NCBI GenBank assembly: GCA_963790475.1
Contig: CAWBOS010000006.1
Coordinates: 256,001-320,000, forward strand
Direction of reading: 5' to 3'
From: an uncultured delta proteobacterium
Lineage (GTDB): Bacteria > Desulfobacterota > RBG-13-43-22
DNA length: 64,000 bases
The position numbers were made by a program, and so were the translations under genes. Below, one piece after another: positions 10,045-19,589 of the stretch (the stretch's first letter is position 1; each line of letters starts with the position of its first letter). The notes under the pieces were generated by a model. It made no database searches. It worked only from the letters and a program-made list of their open reading frames with translations, and was not told the DNA's origin.

Positions 10045-11124
10045 ATGCTGTATTATCTGTTATATGCCTTACATAATCAGCTCTCTTTCTTTAATGTCTT
10101 CCGGTATATCACCCTGAGGACCATCTATTCCACCCTGACGGCCTTGTTGATCACCTTTCTCCTCGGGCCTTATGTGGTGAGGCTTCTAACCAGATACCAG
10201 ATCGGGCAGTATATTCGGGAGGATGGTCCCAGTTCCCATTTGAGTAAAGAAGGAACCCCAACCATGGGTGGGGTGTTGATACTTTTTGCCGTCTTTGTGG
10301 CTACCCTTTTCTGGGCCGATCTGACCAATGGGTATATCTGGCTGGTCCTGCTGGTCACTCTCTGTTTTGGAGGGATCGGGTTTCTGGATGATTATTTGAT
10401 GTTGATCAAAAAGAAGAATAAAGGATTGAGTGGCAGGTCCAAATTTATCCTGCAGATCGGGATCGCCCTGGTGCCAGCCATTTTTTTGTATCTGAATTTT
10501 AGATATAATACCCGTTTAAACATCCCCTTTTTTAAAACCCTGACCCCCGATCTTTATTGGGGGTATATCCTTCTGACCTTGGTTATTATCGTGGGAACTT
10601 CCAATGCCGTGAATCTGACTGACGGATTGGATGGTCTGGCTATCGGCCCGGCGACGATCGCCTTCGGCACCTTTTTACTGCTTAGTTACCTGAGCGGAAA
10701 TGTCAAGATTGCCAACTATCTGCAGATCCCTTTTGTTCCCGGAACCGGGGAACTTTCTGTTTTTTGCGGGGCCATGGTCGGGGCGGGAATGGGCTTCCTG
10801 TGGTTTAACAGCTATCCGGCCCAGCTCTTTATGGGGGATGTAGGCTCTCTGTCTCTTGGGGCCGCACTGGGAACGGTAGCCGTTATTACTAAAAATGAAA
10901 TCTTATTAATCATTGTCGGAGGGATTTTTTTGATGGAAGCCCTCTCGGTCATCTTTCAGGTGGGTTATTTCAAGATAACTCATGGGAAGCGGATTTTCCG
11001 AATGGCCCCCTTACACCATCATTTTGAATTAAAGGGCTGGCCGGAACCGAAGATAATCGTCCGGTTCTGGATCATTGCCGTGATTTTAAGTTTAATATCT
11101 TTGAGTACCTTGAAACTGCGTTAG
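10045..11124 (+). CDS. mraY: Phospho-MurNAc-pentapeptide transferase
   Basis: [37 protein letters not shown]. Confidence 0.97.
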   Translation: MLYYLLYALHNQLSFFNVFRYITLRTIYSTLTALLITFLLGPYVVRLLTRYQIGQYIREDGPSSHLSKEGTPTMGGVLILFAVFVATLFWADLTNGYIWLVLLVTLCFGGIGFLDDYLMLIKKKNKGLSGRSKFILQIGIALVPAIFLYLNFRYNTRLNIPFFKTLTPDLYWGYILLTLVIIVGTSNAVNLTDGLDGLAIGPATIAFGTFLLLSYLSGNVKIANYLQIPFVPGTGELSVFCGAMVGAGMGFLWFNSYPAQLFMGDVGSLSLGAALGTVAVITKNEILLIIVGGIFLMEALSVIFQVGYFKITHGKRIFRMAPLHHHFELKGWPEPKIIVRFWIIAVILSLISLSTLKLR

Positions 11125-11139
11125 GTATAAGGACCTTAT

Positions 11140-12504
11140 TTGAACTTTCATGGTAAAAAAACCCTGGTGGTCGGTCTGGGGAAAACGGGGATGGCCCTGG
11201 TATCCTTCTTATTGAAAGAAGGGGCCCAGGTGATGGTTTCCGACTACCGGGAATTATCTGAACTTAAAGAGATGGTATCCGCCTTTAATGGGTCCGGTCC
11301 TTCTTTAGTTCTTGAGGGGGGAGGTCACCGTACGGATTTTTTCTTGACGGCGGAGATGGTTTTAGTCAGCCCCGGGATCCCCCTGGACATTCCGGCCCTG
11401 AAGGCCGTCCGGGAAATCGGAACCCCGATCCTTGGTGAAATTGAAGTGTTTGCCGACCGTTCAACTGCTCCGGTGGTAGCCGTGACCGGAACCAACGGCA
11501 AAACCACCACTACGGCGTTATTGAACGAAATGCTGGTCAATTCCGGGAAAACAACATATTTGGGCGGAAATATCGGACGGCCTCTGATGGACTATATCCT
11601 GAATGGACAGAACAAAGACATCGTAGTCGCTGAAATCAGCAGTTTTCAGTTGGATACCACTACCCACTTTTCTCCCAAGGTCGGGCTCCTATTGAATATC
11701 ACCGAAGATCATCTGGACCGCTATCCCGACTTCAAGGCCTATACGGCCTCCAAGGCTTCCCTTTTTCGCAACCAGGGGGAAATTGATGCGGCGGTGATCA
11801 ATTGGGACGACCCGATCTGCCGTTCGATTGGAGAAGGTCTTTCCGGACCGGTCTTTTTTTTCAGCCGGGAGAGAAAAGTTCCCCAAGGGGCTTATCTGGA
11901 CCGGAACCAGGCCCTGGTTTTTTTGGGAGGAACCGGAGAGTCCTATGATTTGAACGGATTTGCTCTGCCTGGAATTCACAACCAGGAAAATGCCCTGGCG
12001 GCCATCCTGGGAGCCCGCCTGATGGGGGCCGATCCCTCGGCTGTTCAAAAAACCCTTTTGACTTTTAAGGGATTCGGCCATCGATTGGAATATGTCGGTG
12101 CGGTTAAGGGAATAGAGTTTTATGATGATTCCAAGGCCACCAATGTAGGGGCTGTAGTCAAGGCCCTGGAGGGTTTTATAAAACCGATTATCCTGATTGC
12201 CGGAGGCCGTGACAAAGGGGGAAATTATTATCCTCTCCGGGAATTGATTCAACGCAAGGTAAAGAATTTAATTTTGATCGGCGAGGCCCGGGAAATCATG
12301 ATGAAACAACTGGGGGGGTTGACCAAGACTGAATACGCCGGCACCCTCGAAGAAGCGGTCCTTCGTGCCTTTCAAGAAGGCCGACCAGGGGACATAGTCC
12401 TTTTGTCTCCGGCCTGTTCCAGTTTTGATATGTTCCGGGATTATGCCCAGCGGGGGGATATATTTCAAAAGACGGTCAGGGAATTGGGCGGGGTTGGGAA
12501 ATAA
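11140..12504 (+). CDS. murD: UDP-MurNAc-L-Ala--D-Glu ligase
   Basis: GLGKTG, TGTNGKTTTT, GGNIG, DHLDRY, DDSKATN, SPACSSFD; TTG start. Confidence 0.95.
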   Translation: MNFHGKKTLVVGLGKTGMALVSFLLKEGAQVMVSDYRELSELKEMVSAFNGSGPSLVLEGGGHRTDFFLTAEMVLVSPGIPLDIPALKAVREIGTPILGEIEVFADRSTAPVVAVTGTNGKTTTTALLNEMLVNSGKTTYLGGNIGRPLMDYILNGQNKDIVVAEISSFQLDTTTHFSPKVGLLLNITEDHLDRYPDFKAYTASKASLFRNQGEIDAAVINWDDPICRSIGEGLSGPVFFFSRERKVPQGAYLDRNQALVFLGGTGESYDLNGFALPGIHNQENALAAILGARLMGADPSAVQKTLLTFKGFGHRLEYVGAVKGIEFYDDSKATNVGAVVKALEGFIKPIILIAGGRDKGGNYYPLRELIQRKVKNLILIGEAREIMMKQLGGLTKTEYAGTLEEAVLRAFQEGRPGDIVLLSPACSSFDMFRDYAQRGDIFQKTVRELGGVGK

Positions 12505-13682
12505 TGGCTTCCTTATTTACAGAAAGACCAATGCCGGATTTTCAGGAAAACTTCGGAGGTGATGGGGACAGGACCGATCGGAAAATCGATTTGGTCTGGT
12601 TAGGGGTAACTATGACCCTGGTCATCTTCGGGATCGTCATGATTTACAGTGCCAGTTCCGAGTTGGCCGCCAAGCGGTATCACAATAGCTTTTATTTCGC
12701 CCAGAAACAAATGGTTTTCGCTTTCTTCGGGTTTTTGGTCATGATCGCCTTCCGGTTCATCCCTTACCAAAAGTTTCAAAAATGGGGTTTCTGGCTCATG
12801 CTGGGAACTTTATTAAGTCTAATTCTGGTCCTGATCCCTGGGATCGGCTCCCGCATGGGCGGGGCTTCCAGATGGTTTCGATTGGGCGGAGTATCGTTTC
12901 AGCCGGCGGAATTTTCCAAATTGGTCCTGGTCATTTTTTTAGCCGGATCCATGATGCGGAACCATGATCAGATGCAAGACTTATTTAAGGGCTTTGTTTT
13001 TCATTGGGGTGTGGTCGGTGTATTTATTGTTTTGATTCTCCTCGAACCCGATCTGGGGATGGTCATTACCCTGGTCCTGATCACCGGGATCATGCTCTTC
13101 GTGGGCGGAGTGCGGATCAAACATTTAATTCTTTCCATCATACCCATGATCCCTTTAGCCTATTTACTGGTCTGGAGGGTCCCTTACCGCCGGATGAGGG
13201 TCTTGTCGTATCTAGATCCCTGGAAGGACCCCTTGGGTTCGGGATTCCATCTCAAACACTCTTTCCTGGCCTTCGGCTCCGGCGGCTTTGCCGGACGTGG
13301 TCTTACCGGGAGCCAGCAAAAACTCTTTTATTTACCCGAACCTCATACGGATTTCATCTTTTCAATTATTGGTGAAGAGTTCGGCTTTGTCGGGGTTTTT
13401 ATCATCGCGGCCCTATATTTGGTTCTGATTATCAAATGCCTCCAGCTGGCCCTCAAGGTGAAAGACCTCTTTGGAATGCACCTGGCAGTAGGAATCACGG
13501 TAATGATCGGGTTTCAGGCCTTGATCAATATGTTGGTGGTTATGGGACTTCTCCCGACCAAGGGTTTGACCCTGCCCTTTCTCAGTTATGGCGGGTCTTC
13601 TCTTCTATTGAATATGATTTGTATCGGGATCCTGATGAATATTACCGCCCAGAATCAGGAGGAAAAGGGGTGCGCATCCTGA
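12504..13682 (+). CDS. ftsW: SEDS peptidoglycan glycosyltransferase
   Basis: GASRW, QPAEFSK, EPDLG, LPEPHTDFIFS, LPFLSYGGSS. Confidence 0.95.
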   Translation: MASLFTERPMPDFQENFGGDGDRTDRKIDLVWLGVTMTLVIFGIVMIYSASSELAAKRYHNSFYFAQKQMVFAFFGFLVMIAFRFIPYQKFQKWGFWLMLGTLLSLILVLIPGIGSRMGGASRWFRLGGVSFQPAEFSKLVLVIFLAGSMMRNHDQMQDLFKGFVFHWGVVGVFIVLILLEPDLGMVITLVLITGIMLFVGGVRIKHLILSIIPMIPLAYLLVWRVPYRRMRVLSYLDPWKDPLGSGFHLKHSFLAFGSGGFAGRGLTGSQQKLFYLPEPHTDFIFSIIGEEFGFVGVFIIAALYLVLIIKCLQLALKVKDLFGMHLAVGITVMIGFQALINMLVVMGLLPTKGLTLPFLSYGGSSLLLNMICIGILMNITAQNQEEKGCAS

Positions 13683-14806
13683 TTGTCGGTGGGGGCACGG
13701 GAGGACATTTGTTCCCAGCCATAGCGTTGGCCGAAGCTTTTATAAAAAAGGACCCGGAAAATCAGATCCGGTTTGTCGTCACCCGGCGGCCCTTAGATGC
13801 GCAGGTATTGGGGGAAAGGGGATTTTCTTTCAAGGTGCTGAATGTGGAGGGGATAAAAGGCAAGGGAGCAGCGGGGAAGATACGGTCGATGGCCCTTCTT
13901 CCCCGGGCCTTTAAAGAATCTTTGAAAATGATTGAAGAGATCCGGCCGGAAGTCGTCTTGGGGGTTGGCGGATATGTGACCGGTCCCATGGTTTTGGCTG
14001 CCCGGTGGAAGGGTATTCCCTGTGCCATACAAGAACAAAACTCGATCCCCGGGATGACCAACCGCATGTTGGGGAAGGTGGCCGACCGGATATTTCTGAC
14101 CTTTGACGATCAGGGGTCCTATTTTTCGAAAAGAAAAAGCCGCCTGACCGGCAACCCTATTCGAAAGGGATTGATAGCGGCCTCCGGTCACCTGGTTTCC
14201 AATTCAGGCCCTCTGACCATAATGATCCTCGGGGGCAGCCAGGGGGCCCATCGGATCAATCAGGCGGTTTTGAACGATCTGGATGAACTGGGGTCTTTGA
14301 AAGATGACCTTTATTTTATTCATCAGACCGGGGAAAAAGATGAAAAGGAAATGAACCTGGCCTATCAGGAAAAGGGGTTCCACCACCAGGTCAGGGTCTT
14401 TATTTCTGATATGGCGGGAGCTTACCAAAAGGCGGATATGATCATCGGACGGGCCGGGGCCACGACCTTAAGTGAGATAACGGCCCTGGGCAAACCCAGT
14501 TTATTGATCCCATTTCCTTTTGCCGCCAATAATCATCAGGAACACAATGCCCAGGCCCTGGTCAAGGCCGGGGCAGCGGAAATGATCTTAGAGAAAGAAA
14601 TAAAACCCGGCCTCCTGGCTGAACACATAAGGAATTGGCTGACTAATAAGGACAAATTGACGGCCATGGGAAAAAAGGCCGGGACGCTGGGGCGAAGGCA
14701 GGCTGCTGAGGAAATTGTGGAAGCATGCTACCAATTGGTTGAAGAAAAAAAGAGATCGAAGGAAATAAGTAGAGTGAGGTGTGTAAGGTTCAGGGGAAAA
14801 CCGTAA
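13670..14806 (+). CDS. murG: Lipid II GlcNAc transferase (start moved to GTG 13670)
   Basis: GGGTGGHLFP, GGYV, EQN, GNPIR, GGSQGA, RAGATT; the ORF-track N-terminal extension overlaps ftsW. Confidence 0.95.
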   Translation: MRILIVGGGTGGHLFPAIALAEAFIKKDPENQIRFVVTRRPLDAQVLGERGFSFKVLNVEGIKGKGAAGKIRSMALLPRAFKESLKMIEEIRPEVVLGVGGYVTGPMVLAARWKGIPCAIQEQNSIPGMTNRMLGKVADRIFLTFDDQGSYFSKRKSRLTGNPIRKGLIAASGHLVSNSGPLTIMILGGSQGAHRINQAVLNDLDELGSLKDDLYFIHQTGEKDEKEMNLAYQEKGFHHQVRVFISDMAGAYQKADMIIGRAGATTLSEITALGKPSLLIPFPFAANNHQEHNAQALVKAGAAEMILEKEIKPGLLAEHIRNWLTNKDKLTAMGKKAGTLGRRQAAEEIVEACYQLVEEKKRSKEISRVRCVRFRGKP

Positions 14807-14826
14807 ACCGTACACCTTAATACCGT
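14773..14826. repeat. Degenerate opposed heptamer arrays at the murG-murC junction
   Basis: gtgaggt/gtaaggt/tcagggg followed by aaccgta aaccgta cacctta. Confidence 0.5.
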
Positions 14827-14891
14827 TTGCTGAAAGCTACTTTGAACCATTGAGCTCCTAAATTCTGGACCATAGTCAACAAGGAAATAAA

Positions 14892-16265
14892 TTGTATCCT
14901 CGTTTTCAACATATTCATTTTATCGGGATCGGCGGGATCGGCATGAGCGGTATTGCCGAGGTCTTATTGAATCTTGGTTATCAGGTCAGTGGATCGGACC
15001 TGAAAGAAACCGAGATCACTCGCCGCTTACAAGCGCTGGGCGGGGGAATTGCCTATGGACATAAGGCAGAACATATACTGGGGGCCGAGGTGATAGTAAC
15101 CTCTTCGGCGGTTCGGCCTGATAATCCTGAAGTCCTGGCGGCCAGGGCGGCCCTCTTGCCGGTTATCCCCAGGGCGGAGATGCTGGCTGAGTTGATGCGC
15201 TTGAAATATGGTGTAGCGGTTGCCGGGTCCCACGGGAAAACCACTACCACTTCCATGGTCGCCAATGTCCTGGCCTACGGCGGATTGGACCCCACGGTAA
15301 TTATCGGAGGTCGGCTGGATAAATGGGGGAGTAATGCCCGGCTGGGCCAAGGGACGTTTCTGGTGGCTGAGGCCGATGAGAGCGACGGGTCTTTTCTGCA
15401 CCTGTCCCCAAGTATTGCCGTCGTCACCAATATCGATCTGGAGCATCTGGATTTTTACAAAGACATGGACCATATCCAGAATACCTTTTTGGATTTCTTA
15501 AGCAGGCTCCCCTTTTACGGGTTGGCGATCCTTTGCCTGGATGATCCCCATTTACCTTCTTTAATTCCCAAACTCAAAAAAAGGTATAGAACGTATGGCC
15601 TGACAGCCCAAGCCGATATTCAGGCCAGAGACGTCATTCAGAGCGGCTTGTCCACCCGATATCGGCTTTTCAGCGCCGGAAAGGATTGGGGGGAGATTCG
15701 GTTTAAAATACCGGGAATCCATAATGTTTATAATTCATTGGCGGCCATTGCCGTGGGCTTCGAATTAGAGGTCCCTTTTGACCGGATACAGGAAGCCTTT
15801 GACTGTTTGGAAGGGGTCCAGCGGCGGTTTCAAATCAGAGGGGAATTTCAAGGGATTACCATCCTGGATGATTACGGGCATCACCCGACGGAGATACGGG
15901 CCACCCTGAATGCCGCCCGGGGATGCTGGCCGGATCGTCGGATTGTGGTTGTTTTTCAACCTCATCGGTTCAGCCGGACCAAGGCCCTTTTTGAAGAGTT
16001 TACCACTGCTTTTTATCAGGCCGACAGTTTGTTGTTGCTGCCGATTTATGCCGCCAGTGAAGATCCGATAGAGGGGATCGATTCCATCCACCTGATGGAA
16101 GGGATCAAGGAAAAAGGACACCGGGAAGTACGATTGATTTCCAATCGTGCTGATGTGATCCCCTCTCTCAAGGAGATACTCCGGCCTGGAGATGTGCTGA
16201 TAACCTTAGGGGCCGGAGATGTCTGGAAAATAGGTCAAGACCTTGTATCGCAAACAGGGGCTTAA
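14892..16265 (+). CDS. murC: UDP-MurNAc--L-Ala ligase
   Basis: IGIGGIGMSG, GSHGKTTTT, EADESDGSF, DDYGHHPTE, FQPHRFSR; TTG start. Confidence 0.96.
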   Translation: MYPRFQHIHFIGIGGIGMSGIAEVLLNLGYQVSGSDLKETEITRRLQALGGGIAYGHKAEHILGAEVIVTSSAVRPDNPEVLAARAALLPVIPRAEMLAELMRLKYGVAVAGSHGKTTTTSMVANVLAYGGLDPTVIIGGRLDKWGSNARLGQGTFLVAEADESDGSFLHLSPSIAVVTNIDLEHLDFYKDMDHIQNTFLDFLSRLPFYGLAILCLDDPHLPSLIPKLKKRYRTYGLTAQADIQARDVIQSGLSTRYRLFSAGKDWGEIRFKIPGIHNVYNSLAAIAVGFELEVPFDRIQEAFDCLEGVQRRFQIRGEFQGITILDDYGHHPTEIRATLNAARGCWPDRRIVVVFQPHRFSRTKALFEEFTTAFYQADSLLLLPIYAASEDPIEGIDSIHLMEGIKEKGHREVRLISNRADVIPSLKEILRPGDVLITLGAGDVWKIGQDLVSQTGA

Positions 16266-17181
16266 AGATCTTTTGGAGGGGATCTGCCCGGGACGGGTTA
16301 AACAAAGAGAGTCCTTAAGCCCTTACACCACCATCGGGATAGGGGGAAAGGCGGATTGGTTTATACAACCAAATAACATTTCGGAAATGAGACAATTATT
16401 GAAAATGGTAAAGACTGAGAATATCCCCTGGTTTGTTCTGGGGCGGGGCAGTAATCTGCTGGTATCCGATCAGGGAATTCGGGGATTGGTCTGCCATTTA
16501 TCATCTCCCAGACCGCCGATAACCCTTAAGCGATTTAAAAACGCCCAAATCCTGCTGGAGGTGGAAGCCGGATTTACCCTTTCCCGGCTGGTTCGTTTCG
16601 CGATCAATAACCGGTTAAGCGACCTTGAATTCCTGGCCGGCATCCCGGGATCGATCGGGGGGGCCTGGGCTATGAATGCCGGCAGCTATGGAAAAGAAAT
16701 AAAGGAGATAACGGCCTACTTAAAAACGGTTTCCTCCGATGGACGCGTGATTCGGAAGGGGAAAAAACAACTGGTCTTCGGCTATCGAACACTTAAATTG
16801 GAACCGGGAGAAGTCATCGTTTCCGGGGGTATTAAATTGTCTCCCGGGGTTGCTGAGAATATTCAAAAAGAAACCCGGAGACTTTGGTCTCAAAGGAGGG
16901 CCGTCCAACCCCTAACCCGACCGAGCTGTGGTTCAGTATTTAAAAATCCCCCGGGGGACTTTGCCGGACGGCTGATAGAAGAAACCGGATTGAAAGGGGT
17001 CCAAAGGGGCGGGGCGCAGATTTCCACCCGGCATGCCAATTTTATTATTAACCAGGGGCAGGCCCGGGCGAAGGATGTTTTGTATCTGATGAACCTGATG
17101 CGGGCCCGGGTCAGGCAACAGTTCGGGATCCTCCTCGAACCCGAGGTTCGATTGTGGGGCTGTAGTCTAAAAGAAATATAG
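16243..17181 (+). CDS. murB: UDP-MurNAc dehydrogenase
   Basis: GRGSNLL, GIPGSIGGA..MNAG, GSVFKNP, HANF, EPEV. Confidence 0.94.
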   Translation: MYRKQGLKDLLEGICPGRVKQRESLSPYTTIGIGGKADWFIQPNNISEMRQLLKMVKTENIPWFVLGRGSNLLVSDQGIRGLVCHLSSPRPPITLKRFKNAQILLEVEAGFTLSRLVRFAINNRLSDLEFLAGIPGSIGGAWAMNAGSYGKEIKEITAYLKTVSSDGRVIRKGKKQLVFGYRTLKLEPGEVIVSGGIKLSPGVAENIQKETRRLWSQRRAVQPLTRPSCGSVFKNPPGDFAGRLIEETGLKGVQRGGAQISTRHANFIINQGQARAKDVLYLMNLMRARVRQQFGILLEPEVRLWGCSLKEI

Positions 17182-17237
17182 CTGATAGCTCACCGCTCAT
17201 AGCTGAAAGGGAAGAATAATATTTTGCCTATGAGCTA
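17178..17237. repeat. Heptamer array (ATAGCTS)x4 plus an inverted remnant at the murB-ftsQ junction
   Basis: atagctg atagctc accgctc atagctg ... ctatgagcta; contains the murB stop. Confidence 0.65.
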
Positions 17238-17251
17238 CAGGAGAGGTTGTC

Positions 17252-18112
17252 ATGTACTTAGGAAAAACCAGGCTGGGAAATTTGGAACGTAATTATTACC
17301 GGGGTTCGGTGGAATACGCCGGGTTATCCTGGATGGAAAAGTTGATGCACCATTTCTGGATCGGGTCTTTGATTATGATGATTATTGTCGGGGTAAGCGT
17401 CGTCCTGCTGATTGGATACCTGGTCGCTTTGTCCACCCCGATATTTAAACTGGAAGATGTCAGTTTCAAGGGGATAAAACGGGTTTCTCAGGCGCAATTG
17501 CTTCAAAAAGGCGGGCTGGACAACGGAGTCAATCTTCTGGCTTTGAATTTGAGCGAAGTTAAAAAAAATATGGAAGCCACCCCTTGGGTTAAGAACGTTT
17601 TTCTTCATCGGGAACTTCCCAATAAACTCCAGGTGGTGGTTACCGAACAGCAGCCGATCTTCCTGGTCCTGGTCCAGCAGGATCTGTATTATTTAAATGA
17701 TGAGGGTCTCCTTTTTCAAAAATCCGAAAACAAAGATGGGGCCTCGATTCCACTTTTGACCGGTCTGGAGAAAAAGGATTGGACGCCGACAGGTCAACTT
17801 AAGCCCTCTATTCTTCAAGAACTGCTGTCTCTTGAGAGGGTTTTAAGCCAAGGGAGGGATCCGTTTTATCCTAATAAACTTTCGGAAATTCATTACGATC
17901 CCGATTGTGGTTTTTCATTATTTACCATAGAGAGAGGAATCCGGATCACCCTTGGGAAAGAAGAAATTCCGGAGCGGATCAAGCGTCTGGAGAGGGTTTG
18001 GGCCGAACTGGAAAGACGGCCCAACCAGACCCTGTTGAAAGGGATTTCCCTTCAATACGGCCAGCGGATTATCGTTCATGGCCTTAGATCCAAATCCGCG
18101 AAGGGGGCTTAG
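17252..18112 (+). CDS. ftsQ: Cell division protein FtsQ/DivIB
   Basis: TM plus POTRA (PWVKNVFLHRELPNKLQVVVTE); between murB and ftsA. Confidence 0.88.
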   Translation: MYLGKTRLGNLERNYYRGSVEYAGLSWMEKLMHHFWIGSLIMMIIVGVSVVLLIGYLVALSTPIFKLEDVSFKGIKRVSQAQLLQKGGLDNGVNLLALNLSEVKKNMEATPWVKNVFLHRELPNKLQVVVTEQQPIFLVLVQQDLYYLNDEGLLFQKSENKDGASIPLLTGLEKKDWTPTGQLKPSILQELLSLERVLSQGRDPFYPNKLSEIHYDPDCGFSLFTIERGIRITLGKEEIPERIKRLERVWAELERRPNQTLLKGISLQYGQRIIVHGLRSKSAKGA

Positions 18113-18120
18113 CATTAAAA

Positions 18121-18306
18121 TAAGCTCAAAGTTCAAAGTTCAAGGTTCAAGGTTCAAAGTTAAAAGTTCGAAAAAAAACCATTTTCATGTTTCAAGGCGC
18201 CCCATCGGGCAGGAAGGCTTAGGAGGAAAATACCCTGAGGCGTAAGGCGTGAGGCGAATCCGAATTTCATGCTCCGGCCTCAAACCTTAAACCTTATACC
18301 GAACCT
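18121..18306. repeat. Composite heptamer arrays at the ftsQ-ftsA junction
   Basis: About 7 AARGTTC units at 18121-18169; cctgagg cgtaagg cgtgagg at 18234-18254 opposed by cctcaaa ccttaaa ccttata at 18278-18298. Confidence 0.8.
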
Positions 18307-18328
18307 AAAGAAAGGGGGTGCGTCCTGA

Positions 18329-19555
18329 TTGGAAGATAATCTGATTGTGGGATTGGATATTGGAACCACCAAGATATGCGCGGTAGTCGGGGAAATATCT
18401 TCTGGAGGTATTGATATCGTGGGGATTGGTACCCATCCCTCGGTAGGCTTGCGTAAAGGGGTGGTGGTCAATATTGAAAGTACGGTGAACTCCATCAAGA
18501 AGGCCGTGGAGGAGGCAGAACTTATGGCCGGCTGTGAAATACGGTCGGTCTATGCCGGTATTGCCGGGGGACATATCAAGGCCTTCAACAGCCATGGGGT
18601 TATTGCCGTAAAAACCCGGGAAGTCACCAGAAATGATATTGAAAGGGTCATTGATGCGGCCAAGGCCATCGCCATTCCCTTGGATCGAGAAGTGATTCAT
18701 GTGCTTCCTCAGGAGTTTATCGTTGACGATCAGGATGGAATCCAGGACCCCTTGGGCATTTCCGGTGTTCGATTGGAAGTCAAAGTCCATATTATAACCG
18801 GGGCGGTCACCTCGGCCCAGAATATCATTCGCTGCGCTAATAAGGCCGGACTCGATGTCTCGGATATTGTGTTGGAATCGATCGCTTCCAGCGAAACAGT
18901 GCTCTCTCCCGAAGAAAAAGAACTCGGGGTGGGCTTGCTGGATTTTGGGGGAGGTACTACCGACCTGGCTATTTTTTCCAATAATTGCATCAAACATACT
19001 TCGATCCTGGCCCTGGGAGGAAATAATTTAACCAATGATATCGCCATCGGTCTCAGGACCCCTCATCAGGCGGCCGAACGGATCAAAAAAATTCACGGCT
19101 GTTGTTTGACGTCCCTGATCAATAAAGAAGAAACTATCGAGGTCCCGAGTGTCGGGGGGAGAAAACCACGGCCCCTTTCCCGACAAATCTTAGGGGAAAT
19201 CCTGGAGCCGAGGGTGGAAGAAATTTTTTCCCTGGTCAATCGGGAAATCCTGAAATCGGGCTTTGGAGACACCATCGCCTCCGGTATGGTGATCACCGGG
19301 GGGGGCGCTTTATTGGAAGGGATTCCGGAATTGGCGGAACAGATTTTTAATCTCCCGAGCCGGCGAGGCTATCCCCAGGGCTTTGGAGGAATCATGGATG
19401 TGGTCAACAGCCCCATGTATGCCACGGCCGTGGGATTGGTCCTTTACGGTGCCAAGGCCATGCCTAAGAAGAAATTCCGGATCCGCGATCAACATATTTT
19501 TTACCGGGTGATGGAAAGAATGAAAAAATGGTTTAAGGAAATCAAGATTATTTAG
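18329..19555 (+). CDS. ftsA: Cell division protein FtsA
   Basis: GLDIGTTKI, LRKGVVVNI, DFGGGTTD, TGGGA; TTG start. Confidence 0.96.
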   Translation: MEDNLIVGLDIGTTKICAVVGEISSGGIDIVGIGTHPSVGLRKGVVVNIESTVNSIKKAVEEAELMAGCEIRSVYAGIAGGHIKAFNSHGVIAVKTREVTRNDIERVIDAAKAIAIPLDREVIHVLPQEFIVDDQDGIQDPLGISGVRLEVKVHIITGAVTSAQNIIRCANKAGLDVSDIVLESIASSETVLSPEEKELGVGLLDFGGGTTDLAIFSNNCIKHTSILALGGNNLTNDIAIGLRTPHQAAERIKKIHGCCLTSLINKEETIEVPSVGGRKPRPLSRQILGEILEPRVEEIFSLVNREILKSGFGDTIASGMVITGGGALLEGIPELAEQIFNLPSRRGYPQGFGGIMDVVNSPMYATAVGLVLYGAKAMPKKKFRIRDQHIFYRVMERMKKWFKEIKII

Positions 19556-19589
19556 CAACCGCAGAAAGATCCTATTCAAGGGGAGGTAG

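Noticed and set aside
13436-13669. N-terminal extensions in the ORF track for murG (also hsdR, hsdS, OLD and the MDR)
   Set aside because: They overlap upstream genes or leaders; homologous sequence and RBS begin at the downstream starts used here.
17181-17252. Absence of ddl between murB and ftsQ, and of lpxC after ftsZ
   Set aside because: To my knowledge this is a common layout in Desulfobacterota; the genes are probably elsewhere.
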